A stretch of 55,115 nucleotides of DNA, filler included, from Sphacelaria rigidula (lineage: Eukaryota), in assembly GCA_964200075.2 (NCBI GenBank). It is 4 parts of 4 records of this genome, joined end to end, with 100 filler letters (N's around TTAATTAATTAA, not from the genome) between each part and the next. Parts side by side here need not be neighbours in the genome. Positions count along the whole stretch, not along the records: positions 1 to 13,709 come from CAXNAA020002708.1; 3 more parts are not named here. One strand, given 5' to 3'. The notes under the pieces are model-generated. The model saw nothing but the letters and a program-made list of their open reading frames with translations, was not told where the DNA came from and searched no databases. Both the position numbers and the translations under genes were made by a program. Shown here in pieces: positions 1 to 10,176 of this stretch (position 1 is its first letter; the number at the start of each line of letters is the position of its first letter).

Positions 1-134
1 TGGCCTCCTCTTCCTTCCTGTGCCATGAGGTCATGAACAGTACTGTTCTGTATTTTGTTCCGATTTTGTCTTTCGGCACAAGACTGGTTTACGTACTGCT
101 CACTGCTGGCGCACTGTACGGTACTGTACCTGCA

Positions 135-585
135 GTCCCTCTTGGCAGAGGATAGGAGTAGGGGGTCAACGCTCCACCTTGTACGGTACTCGGGTATCTC
201 TGACAGGAGAAAATACCCGCTGACTCTGCTGGACGATGAAGACGACATGTCACCGGACGATGCGCCTATCGGGATGGTGGTCCCGGACGGGTTTCGCCTT
301 CAACAGTCGAGACCACCTGCTCTAGATAGTTCCTTCGTGAAACGTGGCGTGTTGTTAAGATTGAGCATGGGGTGGTTTGGTGGCCTGATCACTCGCAAGA
401 GTCAGGAGCGCACCAAAGAATTATACGATTATCGTGTGCGTCTTGAAGAAGATCAGAGCGTGCGTAGCATGAAGCTACCGTTGGCTGCATACAGCACGGA
501 GGCAAGCGCGCCGGTGGGTTCGTGGGTCTTACTAGAGCCTACTGACAAGCAGCAGAGAGGGGCTACGGTCGGAAGGGGCAGGTAG
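135..585 (+). CDS. Terminal exon of an unidentified protein, possibly transposon-associated, with a small beta-rich (SH3/Tudor-like) C-terminal domain
   Basis: Acceptor cctgcag| at 134. The frame is open to TAG at 583-585 and gives a protein-like translation (GWFGGLIT...YDYRVRLEED...LPLAAY...GSWVLLE). Upstream exons are not identified. Confidence 0.45.
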
Positions 586-1349
586 AACAGCCAGCGCGGA
601 GATCTGGAAACAGGCCCGTAAAAACCGGCAGTCAGTAGCAGGGGGAGAGTATTAATGCCCAACGTGCGTAATATAGACCATGTCGATTGAGTGGCTCTTC
701 TGGCTACAGTAATACAAAAGTGCTACAGCAGTTTTGTAGTCGTCGGAGGTGAGCAACATGAACTTTCATCCCTGCAGTCCCAAAGAGCTTCGTCATATAA
801 TGGAAATCTGGTGAAACACAGTACGAATGCGTGACGGATGCAACGTGCCAAACATGATTCTTGACAAGCGCTCGTGGAAAAAAATGCCGTGTAGCAGTAT
901 TGGATGCCGGTGCAAAATAAAAAATTCAAAATTAAGCATCACTGGCGTTTTGCACCTCTTCGAACGATAAGACTTTGGATTTAAGCATTTCTGCAGCAAT
1001 CGGAGAGGAAATGAGAACCCGAGCCTCGGTCCAAATAAGAGTATCTTAACATATGTCGCTATCTGTATGCTACCGTGGTTGTGGCTCCCGTCTCCTCACA
1101 TTTTCGCCCATGACACTCTGACAATCGCGATGCCATCGCGGGCGAGACGAGGTTCGTCTGAACAGTGATAGCGGTGGCAACATATTGTCGCGCGAGATGC
1201 GCCTCCTTCTCGCTGTACAGTGAGTTGTGCAACCAGATGAAACCGTGATGCCGGCACAGGATTCAAGTCTGTTATTAATAGTCGGTTCAGCCATTACCGT
1301 AACCCTTAGACGGTAGTGCGGGTAGTTCATCTAGATCACGCATACTTTT

Positions 1350-1608
1350 CAAGGGTCGGACAAAGCAATGATTCGTCCGGAAATTACTTGGTTTTAGTAT
1401 TATTGATTTGAATCGTATGAATCAATCCCTAGGCTTTGTTTTCAGCGTTGCAACCAAGGTACGCGCAGCCCAGACGACACGTGGCATGTCGCAAAAGTTG
1501 CGTGGATACCCCTTGGAACCAGCGGTCAACGTTTTTCTCCCTATTGGGCTATCAGGCCGAAGGAATCGTGGATTTGGTGATTCGTAGTCATGATTCGTCC
1601 TAACCGTA
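1350..1608. mobile_element. hAT-type MITE (~259 bp) nested in the first TTAA MITE
   Basis: Imperfect TIRs CAAGGGTCGGACAAA / TTCGTCCTAACCGTA, a perfect 8-bp TSD ATACTTTT (1342-1349, 1609-1616), and a second inverted copy at 46655-46912. Confidence 0.8.
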
Positions 1609-2287
1609 ATACTTTTGCAAGTGAATATTGATGCCGATTCAGCAGGTGACTTACCCTCTCGGTCAAAGGATTAACCCTTAGACCGCGAGATTAGTCTTTC
1701 TGGATCATGCATACTTGCTTTCACTCGAAATTGATGCCGATTCAAGAGAAGAGTAACCTCGCGGTCTGAGGCTTAAACACCCTTCAACGACAATGCCCCA
1801 GATCAAGGGGTCGGAAGCAGGGGGTAATTCCTGGCAATTTCGGACAGGAAGCCAGCCGGAGATTTCACCTCTCGAACTTTTTGGAACAGAAATAAAAAGC
1901 CATCGCAAATGTTACGGGTTCGAGCGCATCATCCCTCTCTTCCGTACGATTATACGGACCGTTATTAAAGAACGTATTTGTTGTATTTTTTCAGACTTTT
2001 TCGACCTTTTCGGCTTAGAGAAGAATTTCTTTCCCGAAGAACGTGACGTCTGATTCCTGAAACGCGTATAGACCGAGACTACATATAACGCGGAGAATCT
2101 TGCGTTGAATGTTCTTTGAAGTCGAAAAACAAAACCCGAAAAAGTCGAAAATGTCTGAAACGAAGTCCCGTCAACTCTTTGACTGCGAGGGTAGGTGATC
2201 TGTCGAATGCGCACCATTTACGTCAATCTTCAGGGTTAAATGATGCCGATTCAACAGATTGCCTACCCTTGCGATCGAAGGGTTAGT

Positions 2288-2503
2288 AGAGGTATCTCAA
2301 ACTCGGTTCCCGGTTTCCTGGTTTGTGTTGTCCTAGTTTTTCAAGTGAAAGTGATGGCGATTCATCACATGAAATAAACCCTTTGACCGCCAGGTCAGGT
2401 CCTTCTATGAATCGCCGTCACTTTCACTCGAAAAAATAGTACAAAACCCAGAGCCAGCGAATAAATCAGGAACCGGGAACCGAGTTTGAGATTATGTACC
2501 TCT
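2288..2503. repeat. Palindromic (foldback) element enclosing inverted MITE cores
   Basis: ATCTCAAACTCGGTTCCCGGTT (2294-2315) pairs with AACCGGGAACCGAGTTTGAGAT (2471-2492). Inner arms are AGTGAAAGTGATGGCGATTCAT / ATGAATCGCCGTCACTTTCACT. Confidence 0.7.
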
Positions 2504-3456
2504 CATAAGTAACCCTAACCCAAGGCATACCAAGAACAAAGCAAGCGTACATTGGCACGCCTGAATTCAGCGGTCTTTTCATTGGTTGTCGCACTTTAAC
2601 CCCAAGACCGCGAACCTACGAAGTCCATCTGGACTATGCACACGTTTTTGAAGTGAAATTCATGCCGATTCAACAGATGACCTACTCTCGCTGTCCAATG
2701 GCCGCGATGCGGGTAGTCCATCTGGATAACGCATACTTCTCGAGTGAAATTGATGCCGATTCAGCAGGTGAACTACCCTCGCGATCAAAGGGTTGACATT
2801 CACTTGAAAAAAGTATGCATGATCCAGATGGACTGCCCGCACTGCGGTCTAAAGGTTGCCTGCTGAATCGGCATCAATAATACTCACTTGAAAAAGTATG
2901 CATGGTCCAGATGGACTACCCACACCGCGGTTCAAAGGTTCTAACGGTTAACCCTTGGACTGCGGTGCGGGTAGTCCATCTGGATCATGCATACTTTTTT
3001 CAAGTGAATATTGATGCCGATTCAGGAGGTGACCTACGCAGTATAGTTCACCACTTGGGAGGGTATTACTCGTACGGTCGATTTTAGTGTGGACAGCGAA
3101 ATCTGGTTCTTTATCGGGGCTGTGTCATATGCAGAGCGTATTGATGGCCCAGGTAGACCACGGCAAGGGCAGCAACTGATCAGATGGGGCGCCGCAACCC
3201 AGATGGGGTGTCGCAACCCTAACTTATGGCAGTAGCAAACGCAATAACAACGCGTCACGGAATTCAGGGTCTACGAGCAGACCCGCACAGAGTATATCTT
3301 GCAACGCCTTTGAGCTTCATCACAGCTGTGCTCCAAGCGTGCTCCTTCGTAGTGCAGCCGGCATATTTCCACCCCCACGGGCAGATTTTGGTACTGCCTA
3401 TAGATATTGACCACGTACAAAAGTAGCTGGGTCGACTACCTGCAAAGCGTACTGTA

Positions 3457-3997
3457 GTGGGCGGTCCAACTATTCATTTTATGGCATTTTGTGATTTTTT
3501 CGTGATTGGCGATTTTCTCGGACTCTTTTCGCTTGCCATCGCTTGTCACATCGGGGATTTGAAAATATCTGTATCCGCTTCACATCGCAAGAAGAAAAAA
3601 ACATATGTATCCAATATTGAGTGACGTACGGGCTGACCGGTCATCGAGGGTCCTGCCACGTTTTAGCCCAGATTCCTACTCTTCTGTATTTTTGATCGAT
3701 TGAGCCTGTCCTGATCATATTTTTGAAGAAATGTACAGGTTTATTTTTCAGTGATTATGCCTACCCATTGCACTAGGGCCGAAAAACTGTGCTTCACGAT
3801 CAATAACACCCTCCTGATAAACGGGGTTATTACTCGTTTCGGCCGATAACACCAACTGGCACTGACTTGGGCACGGTGTTTCGAGGATGATCTATTCATT
3901 GTACCAAAATCCACCGACGCTAGCAAGTTCAAGTTATATGGAAGAGTAGTACGCGAGGAAATGCCCAAAACACCCCAAAATAGTTAGACCGCCCAAC
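3457..3997. mobile_element. ~540-bp non-autonomous TIR element, copy 1
   Basis: TIRs GTGGGCGGTCCAACTATT / AATAGTTAGACCGCCCAAC, flanked by ACTGTA (3451-3456, 3998-4003). The body is homologous to the inverted copy at 5187-5937. Confidence 0.7.
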
Positions 3998-4715
3998 ACT
4001 GTATGTGATCATAATGTGAACTGCTACTGCTGCTTTTGCGACTAGCTGATAGCGATTTGTCTACATATATATATATATGTGTGAGGGCTATGATGCTGTC
4101 GGGCTATGGTGCTGTTCGTGTGCGTGTCCGTACCGTGTGCCGCGCGTGAACCGTATGTGGGCTCTCTTGCCCGGAGGTGCATTCAAAAATCCGTTTGTTG
4201 AACCGGCGAGTCTGCTCAAACGTGCTACGGAACTGGTTCTACTTTGGGGATATGTTCTGTGAATCTGCCCATGCGGGTAGAAATACGCCGGCTGCTCCTA
4301 GTGTGCGCAGAACGCGTTTTTATCGAAATCGACTCCTGGGGCGCCAATTCGAGGTCTGGCAACGCACACTTTGCCTAACGAACACTTTGCACCCGCTTGG
4401 TCGAGGGTTCTCGGTGTGCCTTCGTTGGGGGTAGGGTTAGGATCAGCGTTAGGGCTATAGTTTGTTCGACACAAAAAAAATCCGAGAAATTTCTCACCCT
4501 CCCAAGTGGAAAATCAACCTCTGGATAACCTCAACGGGCAGGACAACAGAGCAATGATGAAAAATGTGACTAAAATACGCCACGTCTACACGGCGGGGTC
4601 CGAACACACAGAGCCACCCTCAGCACGAGTGCATCACATCCGGCGCTAGCCCTTGCTCATCTACACAAAACAGCGTGTTTGTAGTACGAAAATTCATTTC
4701 GTATAGGTTCGTGTG

Positions 4716-5083
4716 TGTTGTTGTATGTTGTCATCCCATCTATTCTGGATGCTGGTCTACACCTTTCGGTATATATGTGGGCGCACCAGCCGGGGTTACA
4801 CAGGAGGAAGGTCAACATAAGAGTTTTTTCATTCATCATTCGTATTTTTTTCTAGTACTCCACCTTCCTTCTGCGGTGCTTGCCTTTATTTTTTGTCGCG
4901 AGAGGGGTGCAGCGGTCCCTTTCCCTCGTCGACCGTTAAATCGAGTTTTGTGTACCCGCGACATACTAAGGTCGCTCTCCACTGTTGGACATTGTGCGAG
5001 CAAAAATTCCGGATCGCTCCGAGATTCGAACCCACGACCCAACCGTCAGTTTCGAAGTTACCTACTGAGCCACCGGGGCGACC
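4716..5083 (-). mobile_element. tRNA-derived SINE, family 1, full length
   Basis: On the minus strand: A box TGGCTCAGTAGG, B box GGTTCGAATC and a CA-rich tail. TSD TCGTGTG at 4709-4715 and 5084-5090. Confidence 0.85.
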
Positions 5084-5186
5084 TCGTGTGCTTATCAATA
5101 ACGTTGCATACAGTTGGATGGCAATGGTGCGATTATTTGTTAACTGTTTGTGCGGTTTAAGGTCAGGCCGACACTTGGACGCGTAT

Positions 5187-5937
5187 GTTAGTCAGCATCA
5201 GAAATATTCCGGGTTGTTTTAGGAACTTCTCGCGTACTACACTTGGATAGAGCTCGAAAGTGCTAACGTCGGTAGATCTTGGTATTATAAACAGATCGCC
5301 CGCAAAACACAGTGCCCAAGTTAGTGTTACTTGGTGTTATCGGGCGATACGACTAGATACCCGGTTTATCAGGAGGGTGTTATTGACAGTGAAACACAGA
5401 TTTTCGGCTCTAGTGCAATGAGAATAAAGGATTTCACAAAAATAACCCTTTTAGTTTATTCACAATTGCGATCAGAATAGGCTCGATCGATCGAAAATAC
5501 CGAAGAGTCAAAATCTGGGCTACAAACTCTTTCTCCTTGATTATTTATCCCTGTTTTGCTTGTATCGCGTTTTGTGAGTTTGGTGAGTTTTAATGTGGTT
5601 TTTTCGTTTTTCTTCTTCGTCTTTTGCTACCCTGTGACCACGGAAGGCGTCCGCAACAAATACCCAGTACGAATGTACCGCGCAGATATCGGAACGGTTT
5701 GTAAGGTGAAGACAACACCAACAACAACGACACAACAAAAAGTGGCAGGACCCCAGATGACCTGTCAGCCCGTAATTCACTCAATATCGAGTACTGATAA
5801 TTTTTTGTCTTGGAATGTGGAGCGGATACAAATATCTTCAGATCTACAACGTAAAAAGCGGTGGCAAGCGAAAAGAGCCCAAGAAAATGGCCAATTACGA
5901 AGGAATCACAAAATGAATAGTTCAGACAGACGCTAAC
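5187..5937. mobile_element. ~540-bp TIR element, copy 2 (inverted relative to copy 1), interrupted by a LINE 3' end
   Basis: Reverse complement of 3457-3997 on both sides of an insert at ~5527-5740. Confidence 0.7.
5527..5740 (+). mobile_element. 5'-truncated LINE-like 3' end with (CAA)n tail
   Basis: T-rich tract followed by TGTGACCACGGAAGGCGTCCGC...GTGAAGAC and (CAA)n. Near-identical to 42009-42122. Confidence 0.65.
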
Positions 5938-8900
5938 TACTATATATATGACAAATGATTAGTGAGTGAAACGCCACGGTTCGCTCAATCCCCTCAACAA
6001 CGGGACGTGTCTCACACTTTCACAATCTTCAGGGTAAATTTATTTCGAAATAAGAAATTGCGGTTGAGACCCCTGTCCCTTTCATCTTCTGCCTGTTCGC
6101 GTGTCTTTGTCTACTTCGAACTTAATCAAGGAACTACTACTGTTGAATATACGGGGAACCTCGATGTCTAACAAACTCAACACAGGTGAGTTTCAAATTG
6201 ACGCCTTCACAAGTAAACGTACGCCGGCTGATCTTGGGTGATTCCGGTATGAAAGCTGGTCGTTGTGTACGGGTGAACTTGGCAGACACTCTTGCTTTCA
6301 ACCGTTTGACCGCCCGGGTGCCTCCCTCTGGATCACAATTACACGACTGCCGCGAAGCAGCCTAGCCGAGCCTCTGGGTATTCGGCACGAATCCGTTTGC
6401 GGGGTACACTACAGCAAGCGTTAGGTTAGGTTCCCTCCTTTCATCAAGGGAAAAAAAGTGATATTGCAAGTGAAAAATGATGGGGATCTCACATCCATTC
6501 AAGTGCAGAATCAATTCAATGGATGATGACATGATTACCCTCAGGGCCAGGGCGGCTCAATCCCTCGACGGCAATCCGCCGATTCACGATCAGTTATATT
6601 ATATTTGATAAACAACCGCGAGACCAAGATGGCTCATTTATGGGCGGCATCATCTCGTGAGAGAATTGCGAAAAATAATGGTGTCCTTTTCATTTTGGGA
6701 GGTACGTGAAATAATGCAGACATTCACACCCTGACATCCCTAGCGGGCACAATCGGAGAACTCTCCAACATGGTGACGCCATACAACTCTCAACCGCACC
6801 CTCCACACTTGCTATTCCACAGAACACAAACATGCAGCAATTTTGTTGCGCCGTCGAACGAAGCAAACACGCCATGAACCTACAGAGGGAAAATGACACG
6901 GGGTCAGATCCGCGCCTGGTCGTTGTTTCCCTGGTCACGGTATCCTTTGTTTTGACGGAGGATTGCCCAGTATTGACCGCAAAGCAGCAAATCACGTGAC
7001 TTCGGGAAAATGTTAAACAGGGACAAAATGCGATCGTTTGGTACTGCGCCGTCTGTTTAGAGATCGTCGCCTATCTTGTTCCATCACTTCGGCATGACCG
7101 AGGCTATCATGACAAAGCACAATGCACAACTTTTCTCACACCATGACCTGCGAACTATCTCATGTCACCGCGATGGCTCCGCAGCTGTCGCAGTCAGCCC
7201 TGTGTATGATGGTATGCTCGTACTATGATTGCTTTCATCAAACAAACCATCAAGAAGTTTCAAAGCCCCATCTCGAGGGTTTCTCAACATGGCGCTTCAC
7301 GATGGTGACGGCGGTAATTTCTTCATTCTTCACAGCGTTGGTAGAATCTATAAACAAATGATCTCCCATGGATAAATAGTGTACTCTTGTTGAATCTACC
7401 GCCTATATGTGTACTCGTGACTTCATGTTTAGTCAACCCAAGCCCAAACCCGAACGCCCGCCGATGCCGCTGCATCTTGCACCAGCATTCTCTGCGTGAG
7501 GTTCAGTGTGGTCGGGTGATTGGGGATCAGCAGCCACTTTCAGGATTATCAGCGTTCATACGTGTAACTCACGTCGGTCTCGCTGCCACGGAAAACATCA
7601 ATGCTGTGCTGCACACATCACAAACGCAGTAGATTCAAATGAATCGAAATCAAAATCGAAGAGACGTGGAAGTCACAGAACGAACAAAGCACACTAAACG
7701 TAGCGAAAGGTCAACCGAACTTTTCTGGTACAGTCCACGACATTACAGGTCTTCCCGCAACAGCGAAGAGCTTACTACGACCAACGCGAAGCACCTCCCT
7801 CCTTCTCTCCGCCGCGGCATATTCTTTCATTCGGCTGCTACAAACAAACCTCTGCACATCTCAACTCTCGACTACAAGAACTGCACTGCACTCTCTACAC
7901 CGTAATGTTTGTACCGCACCTCGATCTGTGTCGTTGTATGAGGACAAGAAACTCCCGATAGAAACACTCGAAGGCAGGCTACCAGAGCTCGAGCCATAAC
8001 GGTCGCCATATGCAGCCCAGGGAGATGATGATGACTCGCCATCGTCGACCCATTCTCCACCAGCAGCACTCGAGCCTGCAGTTCCTCCTTCTGTGGATTG
8101 CGACCACGACATAATACACGTGCTCTCCGAAGGCACTCACGGCAAGCTGCACGATCCAGTATGTACAACCTCGAACCGTCAAGAGAAGGGCGCAAACTTC
8201 AAAAATGTCTCACAATACCATATATCTTCATATCAAATCATACTTGCCGATCAACCGTTCTATTGCAGTACTGCAGTACAGTACTATAGTTCCCGCTCAT
8301 CAATCTCATTTCATCATGAAGTTGTAATTTCGGAATGGTTTTTCGATATATTTGTCATGTAATTTGAGGGGATGAGTTCCAGTTAGTTCATGAAAAAATT
8401 ATATTAGTAGTTCTGCTCACGCAAGGAGTACCTCGGCCTGTGAACCCTGCTAAAGATCCGATTCTCGTTGAACGCACTTGAATAAAGTAACATCAACCAT
8501 GAACATTTGTAGCCCAACGCCGGTCACCCCTACAGGACTAGTTCTGACACGACACGATGTTATCTTCATCCACAAGAGTTCACATGTCACCTGTACAAAC
8601 AAGCGCCAGTGACATGACAACACGCTGGCGTCGCCGTGACACTTGCTGCGTCAGTATAGTAGTCTAGTATTGAACGACATACCCAATACAAGGGGAAGAT
8701 CTAAACTGCTAGGCACGGTCGGAAGCGAAGGCATACAGCAGCCCAGTCCACTTGAGAAAGGTGCGTTTGCCCGAATTGGTCGGCAATTTCCATGGTTCAA
8801 CATCGATGCCCGTTTATTCGGCAGATCAGACGCACATCGAGCATCCCCTGGGCGCTCAAAAGAGGTGTTGAGATGTCTCAAACTCAAGGTTTGTGGTGTA

Positions 8901-9804
8901 AACACCGAGAACCCCGAGTTTGCAATATCATTGAAGGGGAGAGTATTTTCGACCCAACAACCTATGCATCCACCCAGGGAGCATTTTCGCAATAATCCAG
9001 GTCAAAGTCTTGCGGGCCAAAAGAAATATACTCCGACTGGAAGTTTGGAGGACACACCCAACCCGGGGTGCCTTTTCAGTGTCACGTCTGATTTACGGTC
9101 ACGTTCTTCACCACCACCTCGAAAAGAAGATGCGACGGAGTTAAATAAGTGGACAGAGCAAAAATCACAAGGAGGGTGATACAAAGCTACAGGATATCCC
9201 TGAAGCTACGTACTTATCGAATTATAGCTCAATTCCATCCAGTACAGGTCACAAACCAGCGATGGATACCCCTCTCAAGTAGCTCTGACACTCTGACGAA
9301 TTGGGCGAAGAAAATTATACAAACCAAAAGGTCATTTTCCGACATGCCCGTCTGACACGGGATCGACCAGCAAGCAAGTGCGACGCTGCAAGAATACCAG
9401 CAAGCCGAAAATCAATAGGCAGGTACAACTTGCTATGGTACTAGCCATTGTTCGAGACCAAGAATTCACCGACCAACTCTCGCGTTAGTTCAATGTTTGC
9501 CGCAGACGATCTTCACTTTAGCTCAATACTTGAATCTGCAGCAAGGGTCTGCGCGGCCACAACCTGGGGGACAGGCAGACATGCGGCTTAGCTACACAGA
9601 GTAACTTGAGTTATCTCTACAGCTGTTGTGTGTATCGAGATACTTTCATCTGGATAGGAGGTGTTAGAGCATGTCAGATGGGGTGTAAAGCGCATCAGAT
9701 CATAGGTGGTATCAGGTGGTGACCAAATTAACACGCGGTAATTGCGCCGCGTACGGGTGTTGTCATCCTTGAAGGAAAGGTATATCTTATCGCCACTCGT
9801 GCAG

Positions 9805-10176
9805 TGCCGGTCGCCCCGGTGGCTCAGTTGGTATCCTCGAAACCTGCTGACGATTGAGTCGTGGATTCAAATCTCAGAACGATCCGGGATTTTTTCTCAC
9901 ACCATGCCCAACAGTGGAGAGCGACAACGTCGTGGGTACACAAATTTCGACTCAACGGTCGACGAGGGAAAGGAACTGCTGTACTCGTACCCCTCTCGCG
10001 ATAAAAAATAAAGGCAAGCACCCCAGAAGGAAGGTGGAGTACCAGAGACAAACGAAAGAGAAAAAACTCCTGTGTTGACCTTCTTCCGGTGTGGCGCCGG
10101 CTGGTGCGTCCACATATACCGAAAGGTGTAGACTGGGGCCCAGAATGGATGGGACGACAACACACACAATACACAG
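9805..10176 (+). mobile_element. tRNA-derived SINE, family 1, full length
   Basis: Head GCCGGTCGCCCCGGTGGCTCAGTTGG, B-box-like GGATTCAAATC and a CA tail. TSD ACTCGTG(C/A)AG at 9795-9804 and 10177-10186. Confidence 0.85.

Larger units (their letters stand above)
1303..3040. mobile_element. Cluster of ~100-bp MITEs with CCCTT(A/T)GACCGCG termini and TTAA junctions (piggyBac-like non-autonomous)
   Basis: The unit CCCTTaGACCGCG..GGGTAGTCCATCTGGATCATGCATACTTTTTTCAAGTGAATATTGATGCCGATTCAGCAGGTGACCTACCCTCGCGGTCAAAGGG recurs about 8 times, whole or partial, in both orientations. The copy at 1675-1772 is flanked by TTAA at 1671-1674 and 1773-1776. Confidence 0.75.

Noticed and set aside
1299-3040. CRISPR-like array (recurring GATGCCGATTCA)
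   Set aside because: The sequence between motifs is itself repeated, orientations are mixed, units have TIRs, the context is eukaryotic and there are no cas genes.
9805-9885. tRNA genes at the SINE heads
   Set aside because: A/B boxes are present but there is no proper cloverleaf, and each head continues into a shared repeat body with tail and TSD.
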